Positions 42,585 through 56,300 of a stretch of 64,000 nucleotides of DNA are shown piece after piece. Source of the stretch: the human T2T-CHM13v2.0 reference genome, Homo sapiens; assembly GCF_009914755.1 (NCBI RefSeq), contig NC_060935.1; one strand, given 5' to 3'. The position numbers and the translations under genes were made by a program. The notes beneath the pieces are model-generated. The model was given only the letters and a program-made list of their open reading frames with translations. It had not been told where the DNA came from and did no database searches. Each line of letters starts with the position of its first letter. Position 1 is the first letter of the stretch.

Positions 42585-43370
42585 CAGTTCCTTTAGCTAA
42601 ACTTTTTTGTTTTACATCCCCTAAAAGAAATTTTAAAAGTATGTGCCTTTTTGCCCGTTTTTAAATTAATTCCTGAAATCATAGTATCAAGTGTAAATCG
42701 TTGCTAAGGGTGTGCTCACTGACATATTGTGTAGTTTATATGAGTTTTTATATATATTTTTGTCAAAACTTTGGCACTGTGAATTTAGCTTATTAAATTT
42801 ACAAGCAAAGGTGCACTATATAATCTAATTGGCAAAGCCAATTTTGGTGGTCAAACCATCCAGCCAAATCAGACTTGCTTTCTGTCAGATTAAGTCTGAT
42901 TTCATTTTTTTCAATACAAATAAACATTAGCACACACCTCATGATAACCACCTCACTTTTGAATTTGAAGTGTTAGATCGATGGATAGATAGATAAAACA
43001 CACAGCTTTGCCAAGAGTTTCCTGCCTGAATGAAAAAAGAGATTGTCTCCTTTACTATTGCTTGCGGTTCTCTCATAGGACTCCTCTAAGGGAGACATTC
43101 TAAAATTGTTACATGCTAAGATTCAGAAGGGTGAGTGAGAGTAGCATTTCTGCGGAAGTGTGGGAGTATGGTGATCTGTAAAGTGGGAGTGGCTGAAACA
43201 AGAACCTTACAGAGCACAGGCATGTTTCTGAGAAGGTAAGTTTTAGGAAGCAGTATATATGGAAGTTAAGGATTTGGACATTAATTTTCTTAAAACTACC
43301 CAGGCCCAAATACTTCCTGGAAAGTAATTACATACCACAAGGGTATCCATACCCCAGTTTTAAGGCCACC
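42585..43370 (-). mobile_element. Decayed hAT (Charlie/Buster-like) DNA transposon with a transposase remnant
   Basis: Minus strand 42936-42956 reads V-R-W-L-S-*-G, resembling the hAT EVRWLSRG motif (CGA>TGA). Boundaries approximate. Confidence 0.45.
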
Positions 43371-44188
43371 ACTTTTAGATACAGCAGTACCCTCAAACTA
43401 GATCAGTGACCGAGCTAAGGCCGGTTAACTAAACTTCACTCCGTATTTGTTCTCCCCAGTGTTTGGCAGGCATGACTTTTCTTGAGACCTGCCACCTAGA
43501 AGGGTCAGAGTGATACTCAGCCTTTCTAGTTAGTACCTGTATTTCATTAGGTCTGGGTTGTCATTTAAAAAACTCTCCAAGTGAGCAAAGCAGGATACTG
43601 TTGCTCTCCAGATATTTGAAGGGTATTTGGGGATAGGAACACACTTGTTCTGGAATGTAATGTTTCAGCTGCCAGAGCTAGGAACATTTGAGGGAAAGGC
43701 AGGAGGAGGCAGGTTTTTATTCAGGATAAGAAGGAAGGTGGGTTGAGGAAGAAGGGTAACATTTTTTATCATTTGTATTGCATAAAATACATAAAGCTTT
43801 CACAGTAACCCTGGAAGATAGCATTTCGATGAGGAAACTGAGATTCAGAGATGTTAGTGACTTACGTAAGATCCCACAGTTTATTAGTTAATAACAGGCA
43901 TTTGAACCTAGTTCAGTCTGGTGACACAAAAGTAATTATGTAATGCTGCCTCTCTCATTGGTAAGTACCTGCTATAGAATGTGCTGTCTGCCTAACACCC
44001 TTAGTTTATTTAAAAAAAAAAAAAAAATGAAACAGCCATTAACCTCTGAGTCCCACTCCAGTTGTAAGTCTAAGTGTGACTGGCAGGTGTTTCAGAGGAG
44101 CATGATAAGTGGCTGAGGTAGAAGGCTGTATTACTTCCCTTGCAGAAAGTGAAGACTTTTATAGACTAAGATAAAAATCTCATGAACA

Positions 44189-44517
<329 letters not shown>

Positions 44518-46799
44518 TTATATACAAAGTGAAGCAAGAACATTCAGGAGAGGAGATGATGCCTCACACTAATTATATTGTTGAACCCTCCAGGAGAGAC
44601 GACATACAGGCTGAGCAAAGCTCTGTGTTATAGATTCAGTTATGATCCCTTTTCTTTTTCATTATTGTGAGAAGTGGGTTATTATAAAAATAAGATGCTT
44701 TCTTTGAAGGTGCTGTTCTGGGAAGAAAAAAAAAAAAAAAAGGTTCTTCCTCCCTCCCCTGAGCCTGTATCTCACCTACTAGGCTTTAAAGTCCTAGAGG
44801 GCAACTCCCGTGTTCATCTTATTCATTTTTGTTTCTAGCATCATGACTTACACATGGTTGACAGTCAACAAATATTTAGCAAATGAAGTAATCAATAAAT
44901 GATATGCCAGTATCCTAAGATCTCATGTTTTAAACTGTGAGATAAATTTCAGGCCCAAGAACAGGTCTCTTTTAGGTTAACGAGAAAAGATTTTATCAGT
45001 TCAGACTTCAGACCTTTTCCCCAAGCCACTCTCCAAATATTATAGTAAAGAACCTGGCAACCAAAAAGAGTTTATTTATAATTTGGTTATTCCCAATTTG
45101 GCAAGAGAGTTGTTGACTTCTTTGAAAATATGATGAAAAGTATGTCTTCTCTCAGACAAAGGAACACACAGATAAAATTCTGTATACAATTTCATTAGGT
45201 CCATGAACGTTTAAACTATGTCTCACGTTAAGAATGCTAAAAAGTGAACTGCAGCTTAGGGCAGAGTCACCATGCTGCCCTCATATTTGAAATAAAACTG
45301 ACAAGAGAACAATGAGAGCTTGCTTTGGATGTAATACCAAAGGGGGAGAATATGACGCCAGTTCCAGCTCTGCCTTGATTCTGGTGAGAAGCTTTCATAA
45401 AAGACCCTGTGTTCCCTTTGGGACAGATGCCATTAAATACTGCTTCTTAATGACAGCCCACTGTCCAGCATTTCCAGCATGCACCCTTCATCCCATGATT
45501 GTATAACCAGCAGGAAAGGGGAGTGGAAACAGGGCAGAGTTTGGAATGGTGAAGATTATTGAGTTGGTTCTTTTGGCTCCTAGCATACACTTAACTTGCA
45601 GGACCTGTTTCTTGAAATGTTTCTGCCCTTAGTGGAAGTTCTAGAAATTTGCTGCCTAGGATATTTTCCCTTAAAGTCTTTCCCAGATGGATGCAAAAGA
45701 GCACAGGTTTTATATAGACATAGATAATCCCTTGTGAGATGAAAAATTTCTAGGTAATAGCTGGGAGCTGATGTTCTACAGGCCTTTTCCTTTTCTACCA
45801 GCTTGACCACTTCAGACTTTATCCAACTGAAACTAAACCTTGAGTTTTAAGGACACAGACCTTACTATGTGACCCTAGGATTTTACATCTCTTAGAGCTT
45901 CACTTTTTTCATCTGGAAAACAGGGGATAATAATAGCCCCTACATAATAGGAAGAATGGGTGAGTAACACGTAATTCAGTGCCCCGGTCCACAGTAAGCA
46001 CTTGCTCAAGCTGGCTCTTGTTACTATTTTAAGGGCAGTGACCTATAGAAGAGGATGGGGAGAAACTAGGCAAGTTTGCTACGTTTGCTTTTCTGAGTGT
46101 GCTCATTCCTGCATTTTCAGGCTCTACCTTCTCCTTGCCCCAGTCCCTGTACCAACAGTGTTCTCTCCCAGGTCCAAGCCAGAGGGGCTGTAACTCTGAG
46201 CAGCTGAGGTACTAGCCATGCCTGAGGGACTTGACAACTATTTGACCACTGAAACATCACTAACATCTGGAATAACCTGGCCAGGGCAGTAATGACTGAC
46301 CAGTCCCTTCAACTGTGTCCATCCCTCCCTCCCTTTCTTCCTGTTGTTTGTATTTCACTTCCTTTTAAAAACCAATTATTTATTGAGCACCTCTATGTGC
46401 CCAGCCCAGTGCTAGTGCTAGATATACATAGTTAATAAAGTGTTGCTATTCTTATATGCTGTAGTCATGGGTAGAGAGAAGAGTAAATCGTAAACAAATA
46501 AATTATGTAATGTGATAAGGCCTATGACAGACATAAGATAGAGAATCACCAGGGAGTCCTACTTAGTAGAGTACCTTCTCTGACGAGGTGGCATATGTCC
46601 CTATGGCATGAGTTGAAATCTTGGATTTTTTTTCCAAGTGCAGAGTGCCATTGAGAGTGCAGATGGTAGTAGCTTCTCCTTGTTTTTTCTCTCCTAACAG
46701 TAGATGGCTTAAGGCTTAGAGGAAATCATACACCTGATTTTTACCAGCAATTTATTTTGTCAGTTAAGTTTAAAAGAATTATGACTCTCACCTGCTCCT

Positions 46800-47045
46800 T
46801 TAAATAGCTGCTCACGTACTGTATACCAGGTACTGTGCATTTTATATGTATTCTCTTATTTAATCCTCTAGTAACTCAAGAAAGTAAGTTTTATCATCAT
46901 TCCCCCTATGGCCAGATAAAGAAATCAGAATTTAGAGAAACGAAGTAACTTGCCTTTGGCCATATTGCTCAATCATGGTAGTTAAGACTTAATTCCAGGT
47001 ATGTCTGACATAAAGTCTGTGCTATCAACCAGTAGACTAGGCTGC
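46800..47045 (-). mobile_element. MIR SINE ending just upstream of the terminal-exon branch point
   Basis: tatttaatcctc...agataaagaaatcaga...aagtaacttgcc. Confidence 0.7.
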
Positions 47046-47062
47046 CTCCCTTCTTGTGATAT

Positions 47063-47095
47063 CTTAACTCACCTGGTTCTCCTTTTCCTTTGTAG
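47063..47095 (+). promoter_or_regulatory. TRIM44: Branch point, polypyrimidine tract and 3' splice site of the last TRIM44 intron
   Basis: CTTAAC (47063-47068), then ttctccttttcctttgtAG (AG at 47094-47095), with no intervening AG. Confidence 0.9.
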
Positions 47096-47123
47096 TGGTG
47101 CCAGTGAAGAAGAGGACACATGA
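47096..47123 (+). CDS. TRIM44: Terminal coding exon of tripartite motif-containing protein 44 (phase 2; (S)GASEEEDT*)
   Basis: Translation after the acceptor matches the remembered TRIM44 C-terminus ...EGDEEGPSGASEEEDT; followed by long repeat-poor UTR-like sequence. No database search was run. Confidence 0.92.
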
Positions 47124-48433
47124 AGGCTTGCTACCCCCAGTGGAAAATCATCCCCTCCCCTTGTGTGTATGTGACAGCGTGTATGTAACGGCTTCTGATT
47201 TCTGTGAAAGCTGCTCAGCAACAAACGTACTTCCACCAGATGTGTCCCCAGATCCACAGCAGGCACATATCTCTCCAAGGGATGACCAGTTTTATGCTTA
47301 CTGTGTGCTTCTCATCCCCTGGTTGTGGTAGGTCAAGGAAAAGAGCCCCTTTGATCCACCAGGAGCAATTAAGAAAGGTCCTTCAGGTAATCCCTCAATG
47401 GCTGCTTTGAACTTACTCAGGAAAGCCAGCCCCCATAATATTGTATTACCAAACAGTATCGCTTTGTTAGGAAGGATCTGGAATAATCTTGAAGGGAAGT
47501 CAGAGTTTTCTCCCTGCCTATTAACAAAAACCCAATTTTGTTCATATTGAAGCATGAAATAAATGAGAGCAAGGTAGGGCCAAATTAACTCTTGTGGACA
47601 GTCCCTAAAAGTCCAGTTCTACATTTGTGAAAATTGTGGTGCCATGAATTAAGATGGATGACTGGAAAAAGGTGTTGGAGAAAGAGTTAAAGATGAGGAA
47701 GAGATATTTTTAGTATATGAAGTTATCCAGGACTTGATATTCATAATTCAGTGCTGTGGAAATGAAAAAAATGATTGAAGAGGTGGAACGGAAATGACCT
47801 TAGGGGGAAAAAAAAGGACCAAAGAAGTCTGATTAAAAGTTGAAATCAGTATTTCTGAATTCAAATTGCTTGAATTTCCAAAATAGTCAGTAAAGGATCT
47901 AATAGAACCAGAATTATTTGGGTGAATTCTGCAGGTTTTATGGGCTTGTCACAACGTGAAGGGCTGGAATGTATATTACCAAATGGGAATTTCCATTGTA
48001 GGTTTTTGCTAGTCCCACCCCCATTTTAGCCTAATTTGGCTTAAACGCAGTATGGGGAGAATTGTTCCCATTCCATGTGTTCTGAATTCAGCTCATCTCC
48101 CAGCATATAGATATATCCTCCTTTAACTCCGACCAGAACCCTTCTTCCTGTGGCACTCCCCACCCATAGACCTTCAGATCATCTCCCACAGCCTGGATCT
48201 CACTCTCCTCTTAGTAACAGAGACACTCCTGAGGTTGGACTTCCTTGCTTTTCTCTACTTCCAAATCACAATTTCTTACAACCAAGCTTTGTGCTCCCGA
48301 GTAAGCAGGGATGTACTAGGGGAATGTAAAACTGCAAACTTAAAAACCTGCATCTTCTTGAAGCATCAGTTTTACTTACCAAATGGTTTAGAGTCATAAG
48401 ATGACCTATTTTTATATAAAAGTTATATTATAG

Positions 48434-48439
48434 AATAAA
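48434..48439 (+). terminator. Candidate proximal poly(A) signal AATAAA
   Basis: Canonical hexamer in an AU-rich context. Confidence 0.55.
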
Positions 48440-48945
48440 ATGTTCATACGCATAGACTGTTAAGATAAAAAAATAGGAATCTTGCAAGGTAATTCTTATT
48501 TGCAAGTGGGTTATGTGTTCACTCTCCTCTACCTTTATGGTATTTTGGTGTTCACTTACGAAGCATACAACTAGAACCATATCCAAGCAGACTCTGGGTT
48601 GCTGTTAACCCAGGGCCTAGACTTCTAGTGCCTCTGAGGCAGAACCAAAGGAGCCTGCACTGGGGGAAATCCCTTTTCCTGCCTGCCTGTCTGCCTGTGA
48701 CCTGTGTACGTATTACAGGCTTTAGGACCAGCTGATTGTTATGCTTGCAGGATGGTTTTGAAACAGAAACAATACTTGTTTACTGTAGGAATCCTATTTA
48801 TATTATTTTTCAGTCCTGTGAATGCTGTGAAAAGATTTATTCCTTTGAGGCCAGGAAGCTCCCAGGCATATATGCTTCTAGGTTAGGATTGTCCTGACTC
48901 ACTAAAGATGCCAGGATATTGGGGCTGAGGGGAGTTTGAGGTGTT

Positions 48946-48969
48946 AAAAAAAAAAAAAAAAAAAAAAAA
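48946..48969 (+). repeat. Genomic A24 tract in the 3'UTR
   Basis: Directly visible. Confidence 0.97.
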
Positions 48970-51773
48970 GCATTTTTCTCTCAAACTGATGGCCAAGAAA
49001 TGGCTAGGACAATTTTGGTGCTTTACCTATCTCTGCAAAGACTGGAGAATTTGGCATACCATTAATTACAACCACCAATCATATCCAACAAAAGTACCCT
49101 AAAAGAAGGACCAGTGGCCACTCTCGAAAAAATTTAAGTATCAGAAGATTAAAAAGATTTTAGGATTTGGAAGCTTGTATTGTCTTTCCCCAATAATCAT
49201 TGTTTGATCTCCAAATAGTAGCCTTATATTAGCAATAGACAGATCATTGGTTCTCCATATCTGATCATATGTTACTACTTTGAATCAGTATTTGGGAAAT
49301 TCAAGCATTTATGCAGTGGATATAAATGGAAATATAAAAATATTTGCCAACCTGTCTCAGTAACTTATCATATCTCTGTGATCCTCAAGGAAAGCACTTT
49401 TGCTTTTACTTAGAAAGCGTTTCAGATTTGCTTTATAGACTCCTGCTGTCTTCAGTACCTGATAAAACTTTAACCAGGGAAGCATTAAACACAGTGCAGC
49501 AGCTTTTGCCCAGGCTTCTAAGTTCCTGCCGGCAGCATTTATCAATGTAAGAACTAGGATGCTTCCTGCAGTGGCACTACCTTCCCCTAGAGCTGGAGCA
49601 TGCTGCTTGGCCTTAAGCCCCAGCATGATGAGGCTTCCCTCCTGCCAGGTCAGTAAAAGTTAGAGAGCTCAGAATTGGGTCTTGCCTGGGTGCAGGTGGC
49701 AGGGTTTGCTGAAACCCCTAAAGAGAAGTCACCAAGGGAGGCAGGTAATGAATGTTTCCAGAATCAGTCGGATACTCATAGCAATTTCTGGCTATCTTTC
49801 AAATGTTGAATTTCTGGATGCTGAGAGGGACTTTGATTTGATATCATTAAATCCAGGACAGTCCCAAGAAGTGCTTGGAGTCTCGGCTCTGACAGCCCAA
49901 GAAGGGAAATAACTTGTATTAAGGAACAACTATGAGCCAGGCCCTGAGCTGTCTCTTAGATAATAAAACAGATGGGGAGTGGAAGAGTCATTTGCTTCAA
50001 GTTATACAGCTAGGAAATACTCAAGCCAAATCTTGAACGCAGCTCCCCCTAATTCTGTGGACAGGCACTTTGTACCACACACCATGGTCCACCTAAAAAC
50101 AGAAGGATAAAAAGACTTCAGGTTTTCCCACTGTGTGCTGACCATCCCAATTTATGAATCTTCTTCAAAATGACATTTCACAGTTATAGTTAGGGCTCAG
50201 AAATGGCATTGAGGTAGCCTTATTTCTCCCCTTTAGCAGATGCTTTAAGTACACATTGCTGACTTGAGCCCACCCCCAGGAGTTAGGAGAACATTTCCTT
50301 TTTCATGCCATCTTCCATAAATAAGGTGTTTCTTGGCCTTCAAAGATATAGAACTTTGCAGCAGTAGTAAAAGTGAAGGGTGTTCTGCTCTCTACTCAAC
50401 TTTATTTGAAAATGTCTGCAGCTTCACTCCTGTAGAAAAGGAAATCTTCATATTTTAGTAAACTTAGCCGCCAGTGTACTCTGTGAGGATGTGGCAATTC
50501 AAAGTCCAGTGAATCTGGACTCTCTTACTGATTCCTGGTTTTAGTGTGTGTGTCGGGGGAGTGTGTACCTATATATAAAGGACAAGTGTGATATGTGTGT
50601 ATATGTATATACATACATACATGTCCACACACACACACACAATATTTGAGAGCTAAGGAAAACTCAAAGCAGCCCCTTCATTATCTTGCGTACTACTTCA
50701 AAGATTTCTGTCAGCCCTAATTACAAGTGTCACCATATAGTTGGGGCTTAGGTACTTGCTTACAGGAAGAGCAATTCCCTAGCAAAGGTCATTAGCTCCT
50801 AAGGCACTGAGTCAAAGTGACAGCCCTGAAGGAAATTGCACTCCAGCCCTCCTCCAGGATGTCTAATAAGATGGGAAACTTGGATGCCCAGCCATTTTGG
50901 TGACCTGAGAGTCTAACTACTCCAGTTAGACCTAAGGGCACAAATGCAGAATTCATGACCTTGTAGTTGTGGCAGGGTCTAGGAAGTCCTCTCTCCCCAA
51001 GTAGAAAATATTCTCTTGCCATTCCTGAAATTCCACATTCATATAATGGCTGTGCAATACATGCTTCTCAATAAGAAAATTAACTGCATGTTTACTGTGT
51101 GCTGATCACATCAGATTTTTATGTTTAAAAAAATCTCATTATGGATTGAGTCCAGCCCAGCTCTAAGAGAAAAAGAAGGCCCATATGGGAGACTTCAGTC
51201 TCATTATTATTGCCTTTATCCAGCAGTGCTTATGAAGCCCCCTACCCTGTCCCATTCCAGAAACCATAAGACTCAGGCAGTTCTTGATTCTGGAGGCCTG
51301 CCTGGTAAGATAAGATAGTATAATTTGGAACTGAGAACATACCAGAAACAGCAGAACGAGGGCCAGAGCAGAAAAATGAAAATAAGTGGAGACACTTATG
51401 GATACATTGGTGCAAAAAAAGCCACGGAGCCCATACTGGGCTTGATATGACTTTGAGGGGACAGCAGATTAATACTTAATGAGGGTTAAACCTGACCAGT
51501 CTTTCTACAGTGACAGGCCACACTGCATGAATGGGGAGAACCAATGAATCCATTGTCCTCTGCCTATTTTCCTGTGCACAGTCACATTCCCTCCTTAGGA
51601 ATCTTCCCCTTCCACCCTTTACATTAAACAAGGGAACACTGAATCTTTCAAGGGAATTACACGTTTGGGTTAATGTTTCAGTATATCATTTTCATACTGT
51701 AAATTATTTTGTAAGAGAGATTTACTGCTATCCCAGGATGTTCGGACTTGGTGCCCCTGTGCATTTGGAAATC

Positions 51774-51779
51774 AATAAA
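51774..51779 (+). terminator. Poly(A) signal AATAAA, likely major site
   Basis: Two upstream TGTA elements (~51698, ~51710), CA at ~51797, and a downstream T/GT-rich element tttgtctctcagagttgtg. Confidence 0.7.
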
Positions 51780-53179
51780 CTATTACTGGAAATGCCATTT
51801 GTCTCTCAGAGTTGTGCACAAAGGACCCTGCAAGGTGTAAATATTTATGACGAGCTGCATACTTGACTGTGGTAATGCTGGAGATGATGGTGTTTTGGTT
51901 ACTAGATGTGGGAGTCTAATTTACTCCTGACTTTTCCACAGTGCCTTAGGAGAGAGCTCTGGGAAGTGGCAAAAGAACAGACTTAAGATCATTATTATTT
52001 AGTGATAAGTTTTCTCCTCAAAGTAAAATGATCCAGGCCTAGATTACATTTTATGAGCAACTTAGATTATAACCTAAAGAATACTTGGTGCCAAATTATG
52101 TTTTCAAATAACATTAAAGTTTTAGAATTTGGATGAACTAGAAGGAAGGTAAAATTGTAATTTTTGCCATATTTTCTAGAAAAAAAAATGTCTTTTAGAG
52201 CAAATTACAGTTAGGCCAACAAAATCTTTGTTTTGTGAAACTTTAGAAATACATATTTGCATGTAATTGATGAAAACATAGAATGAGTTGTAAATGAAGC
52301 AATTCCAAGCTGGTTTGAAGGACCAGAGGTTGCATTGAAATCAGAAGTCATATACTCAGAGGCCTTCAGGAGCCAAATGTGAAGACTCAAGATGGTAGAT
52401 ACTGTGTGAATTAGAAAATACCAAGCCCTGCCTAAATGCATTAAAATTTAATGTTTAAAAATCCTAAAACCCACCAGCAGGTGTATCTGGAGGGACAGTT
52501 TGTGGACTCTCCTCTAAATTTTCTTTTAACACATTTATCTTCATCAGACCCTTTTAGTTAGCTAGGGACTGTGTGAGAACCTTGAGAAAATTGTCCAAGA
52601 GAGGGAGATAAGTCACTCAAGGTCACCCAACAAGCCAGGCTGGTAAAGCCCAGGACAGCAGACTCTCTGTCTCCGAGAGCAATCATTAGGCCCTACTTCC
52701 TCTTCCCCAGTTGCGGAGGACACTGCTGCCTGGTGGGGTGGCACTGCCTGCCACTGTAGCACTTAGGAGTCTTCAGTGTTTTAACAAACCACAATGTGTT
52801 TGGAGGTTTTCTTCCCTGCTTCCTGGTGCCAGTATCTCAACACCACATCCATTGCCCCAGCCCTTTCTTGTTTTATCTTTCCCTCTGAAAGCTACAACTC
52901 TATATTTTATTTTATTACTCTTTGTTTGGTCCAACATGGCCCCATTTCCTTTATACTCATAAAAAGGTAGAATTTCAGCTTGTCTGGAATATCTCCTGGC
53001 CTTCACAAGGCACCAGAGTTAGAGACACCCAACAGAAAGTCGTAATAAGAGAAGATGTCACAGAAATAGAAACAAAAGCAAAAGACTGCTTGAAGTCAGT
53101 AACAGACTGCACTAAGTGTCTGTGCTTGTTAACTATTGTAATCTCCAGGTTTAAATCATTCATTTATGTTAATAAGAGC

Positions 53180-53395
53180 TGTCACTTAGCTCTTTCTCTG
53201 GGCCAGGTACTCTCCTGTTGTTTTTCACATTATCATAATAGTAACAGCACCAATACTATCATTCCCCACTTTGTTGCTCAGGAATCAAATTTAGAGAATT
53301 AAGTACTGTGACCACGGTTACACCCTAATAAGCGGGAAGCCAGAATTTAAACCCAGGTCTAGCAGACTTCACAGCCTCTTTCCTTAATCTCTTCT
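53180..53395 (-). mobile_element. MIR SINE
   Basis: tatcattccccactttg...agaattaagt...cagaatttaaacccaggtct. Confidence 0.65.
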
Positions 53396-56300
53396 CTCCT
53401 AGCTGCACTGATTCCATCTTGTATTGGTGAATAACAACACTGATCCCCCTACAACTACCCCCACACATGTACAGTATGGCCTTGGGGCAAAGGAGTTTGC
53501 CTTTTGCAAAGAAGGTCTTGCTTTGTATAGCCTGTAAAATGCAATGTACAGTGAGGGAAAGAAAGTCTAAGGGTAGCAGTCAAATCTGGCCTGAAACTGT
53601 ACTTTTGGAAGGGAGAACTGTTAGACTTGCTTTATCTTCTTTATTCCAAGGCCATAAATAAGAAAATCAACGAGAGGCAAAACCATGTCTTCTTTTGCTA
53701 TAGCGTTAGAATCCTGAAAGTCAGCCAGCTCTGACACTGAGTCTGTGATTTAATTAAACATGTTGAAGGCTCTCCAACAGCTTGACGTCAGGCCAGCTTC
53801 ATATTCTTGGAAAGGGACAACAGCAAAAGGAGCTTATCTGTTTTAAAGTTCACTTACTGAGTTCAGCTGTCACGGCCACAGCATACCATTTGCCTTATAA
53901 AAATGGCCCACAACCTTCACAATATTTTAGGATTCATGGCAACTCATTTACCTAGGGCTTAGCCACCTGATAGCTTTACCTATCCCTATTTCCTGAACAC
54001 AAAATCTAAACCAGTGGTTTGACAATGAGTAACTGAGACAGAACTAGAAAAATCTAGAACCTCTGCTGAACCCATCAAAAGTGACTGAGAATTAAGAAGT
54101 AAGCAAACAAGGCTTCCAACCAATTGAAATAAATACCATGAAGCAAACGCATAAGACAAAGGCCATACATCTAGTCATCAGGCACCTCCTCAGAACCTAT
54201 TTGCTCTTCCTTCACACATATTTCTAACTGTAAAGGAAAGAAACAGACTTTTAGAGGAAACAAGAAGGAAAAAGGAGGACAGCAATAGAGAAAATGGAAA
54301 TTTTGAGTAGACTGCAAAGCTCCAAAGCCCTGATATATGGGTTATTTAGTGTCAAAAACAGTCTATACACATCTCAATCTTTAAGAGCCTCACTGTATCA
54401 TGGGACAATATTCTATTTAAAATGATGACCCTGTGCACCATACATAAAAAAACTATGCTTAGAAGACAAAAATGTGTATATCAAACATTTTAGAAATATT
54501 TACATCCCAATGGTTAAAAAAAAAAACTTTTAGGAATTAAAAGGAATAAACCTTTGACCATCCAGAATATTTAGCTAAATCAAACAGTGTATATCCCCCT
54601 AGCTGACTTTTATTGTTTCATGAGCCTCTGGTGTTCAGAGAGTTTTTTTCACAGCTTTGTAAGTGACTTTCATGCTACAGTGCTTTGCATATAATGGCAT
54701 GAACAGTGGAGGTGCCAACTTTCCAATGTGATGAATAAAACTAATAACTAGAATACAGATCAAATTCTGTTACAACAAATACTGCTACCATAAAAGTCAC
54801 TTAAGCATCCCTGTTAGTTCTAAGCCCCTGTCGATTGCCCATTTATTTTAGGCAATAGTCATTCAACAAAATTGGAGCATAATAAAAAGAAACTGGACCT
54901 CAGCGCAAGTTGAGTGTTACACAATTTAACCTGTAATAACAGGTTCTCACTTGTATTTCTCCAGCTCTTTGCTGTAAGAAGAATAAACGTTATGTAGATA
55001 TAATACCAGCGTGACAGCTTGTGGTTGGTGGTTTCTAGAAGAAATAATTCAGAAGCAAAAGACACATGAAGTTATGTGGCAGTTCCTCACTAGGGAATTT
55101 GGTCTCCAGGGCCACTTTTGACCTTAATCCATGTTGGAGCCATCAATCAAAGAATTGCTTGCATCTAATAATGGTGTAATGCCAATACTAAGCCCTGGAA
55201 CGAAGATAGGATTCATTTCTCATGGATTATTGAGCACTCTGGGGTAACCTGGCCCTGATCTGATGACGCTAAGATTTAAAAACCCAGATGCATGTGACTA
55301 GAACTATCTTTTCTCCCATGATGCACTGCTTTCAACACTGCATGACTGTAAAAACATGTGCCACGCTGATTATATATAGAGATGGTCTAAATCAGCTGCA
55401 TCCCATTTGGTACCCAGGCAAGGATTTTTCCATACCTATCTTTTTGCTGGTGGTAATGATGAGTTTTGTCACTTGCTATAACATTCTCTGTCCGTCTTTT
55501 TTCTTTTATGTAAATACTTTTGTGACTTCATTGTAACCAGCATTTTGTAATACTCTTAACAGCAGAGGGGATTAAATCATGATTCACTTCTGAACAGTAC
55601 AATCAGCAGTAGGAAAACGAGGAGGGAGGGAGAGGGAAATTGTCCACCACTTCCCAATGATAATGCCTGGCTCGGACCCCAGATTCACATCATACTTGAA
55701 GTTCATAAATTCTGGGCACTGCTCAGCTTGAGGAGGCAGGCATTGCTCCTTCATATTTCAGGGTGAGACAAATGCTCTGTTGAAGCCATGCCACTACAGG
55801 ATACATTCACCTCTGCTTGCTTTCCTCCCTAAGCCAGAGTGTAGTTAAACATTTATATGTCCCAGGCCAGGAGATCAAATTAAGAGGAGGTTAGCTACTT
55901 TCCCTGGCTCTTAAAAACATTTGAGTCCAAGTATGGTTCTCTGGCTTGAGGGTGGCCATTTGTTGCCTCACTGTTTTTATTAGGACATCTGGAGATTAGA
56001 GGTGTTAATTGGAAGTAACTTTTCTATATTTGGTTTCTCTCCACACATTATGAGACCTTTTAGACCCAGTTGGATGGCTGTATCCTAGTATGAAATTCAG
56101 CTTCTAAGTAGGAAGAACTATGATAGAGGAACAAGATTGCTCTTTGACTTGGTGATAGTAGGGCAATAGGGAGTGTCAGTAGGGTAGTTTCAGGTGGGGA
56201 GGATGACAAACCACTGATAACAATAAAAATGGGTATTTCTCAACACTCAAGCCAATTTCCCATTTGATAACAAGTAGGTTCTGATCTATTTTCCCCAAAT

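Larger units (their letters stand above)
47124..51797 (+). other. TRIM44: TRIM44 3'UTR up to the strongest-looking poly(A) site; may extend to ~58750
   Basis: Repeat-poor sequence after the stop codon; AATAAA at 47558, 48434, 49962 and 51774. Confidence 0.75.

Noticed and set aside
47121-47127. Stop-codon readthrough of TRIM44
   Set aside because: Context is TGA-AGGC, not the readthrough-prone TGA-CTAG.
47095-47331. 78-aa ORF over the terminal exon as the real CDS
   Set aside because: It starts at a GTG spanning the splice site and matches no protein I recognise, whereas the phase-2 frame matches the TRIM44 C-terminus.
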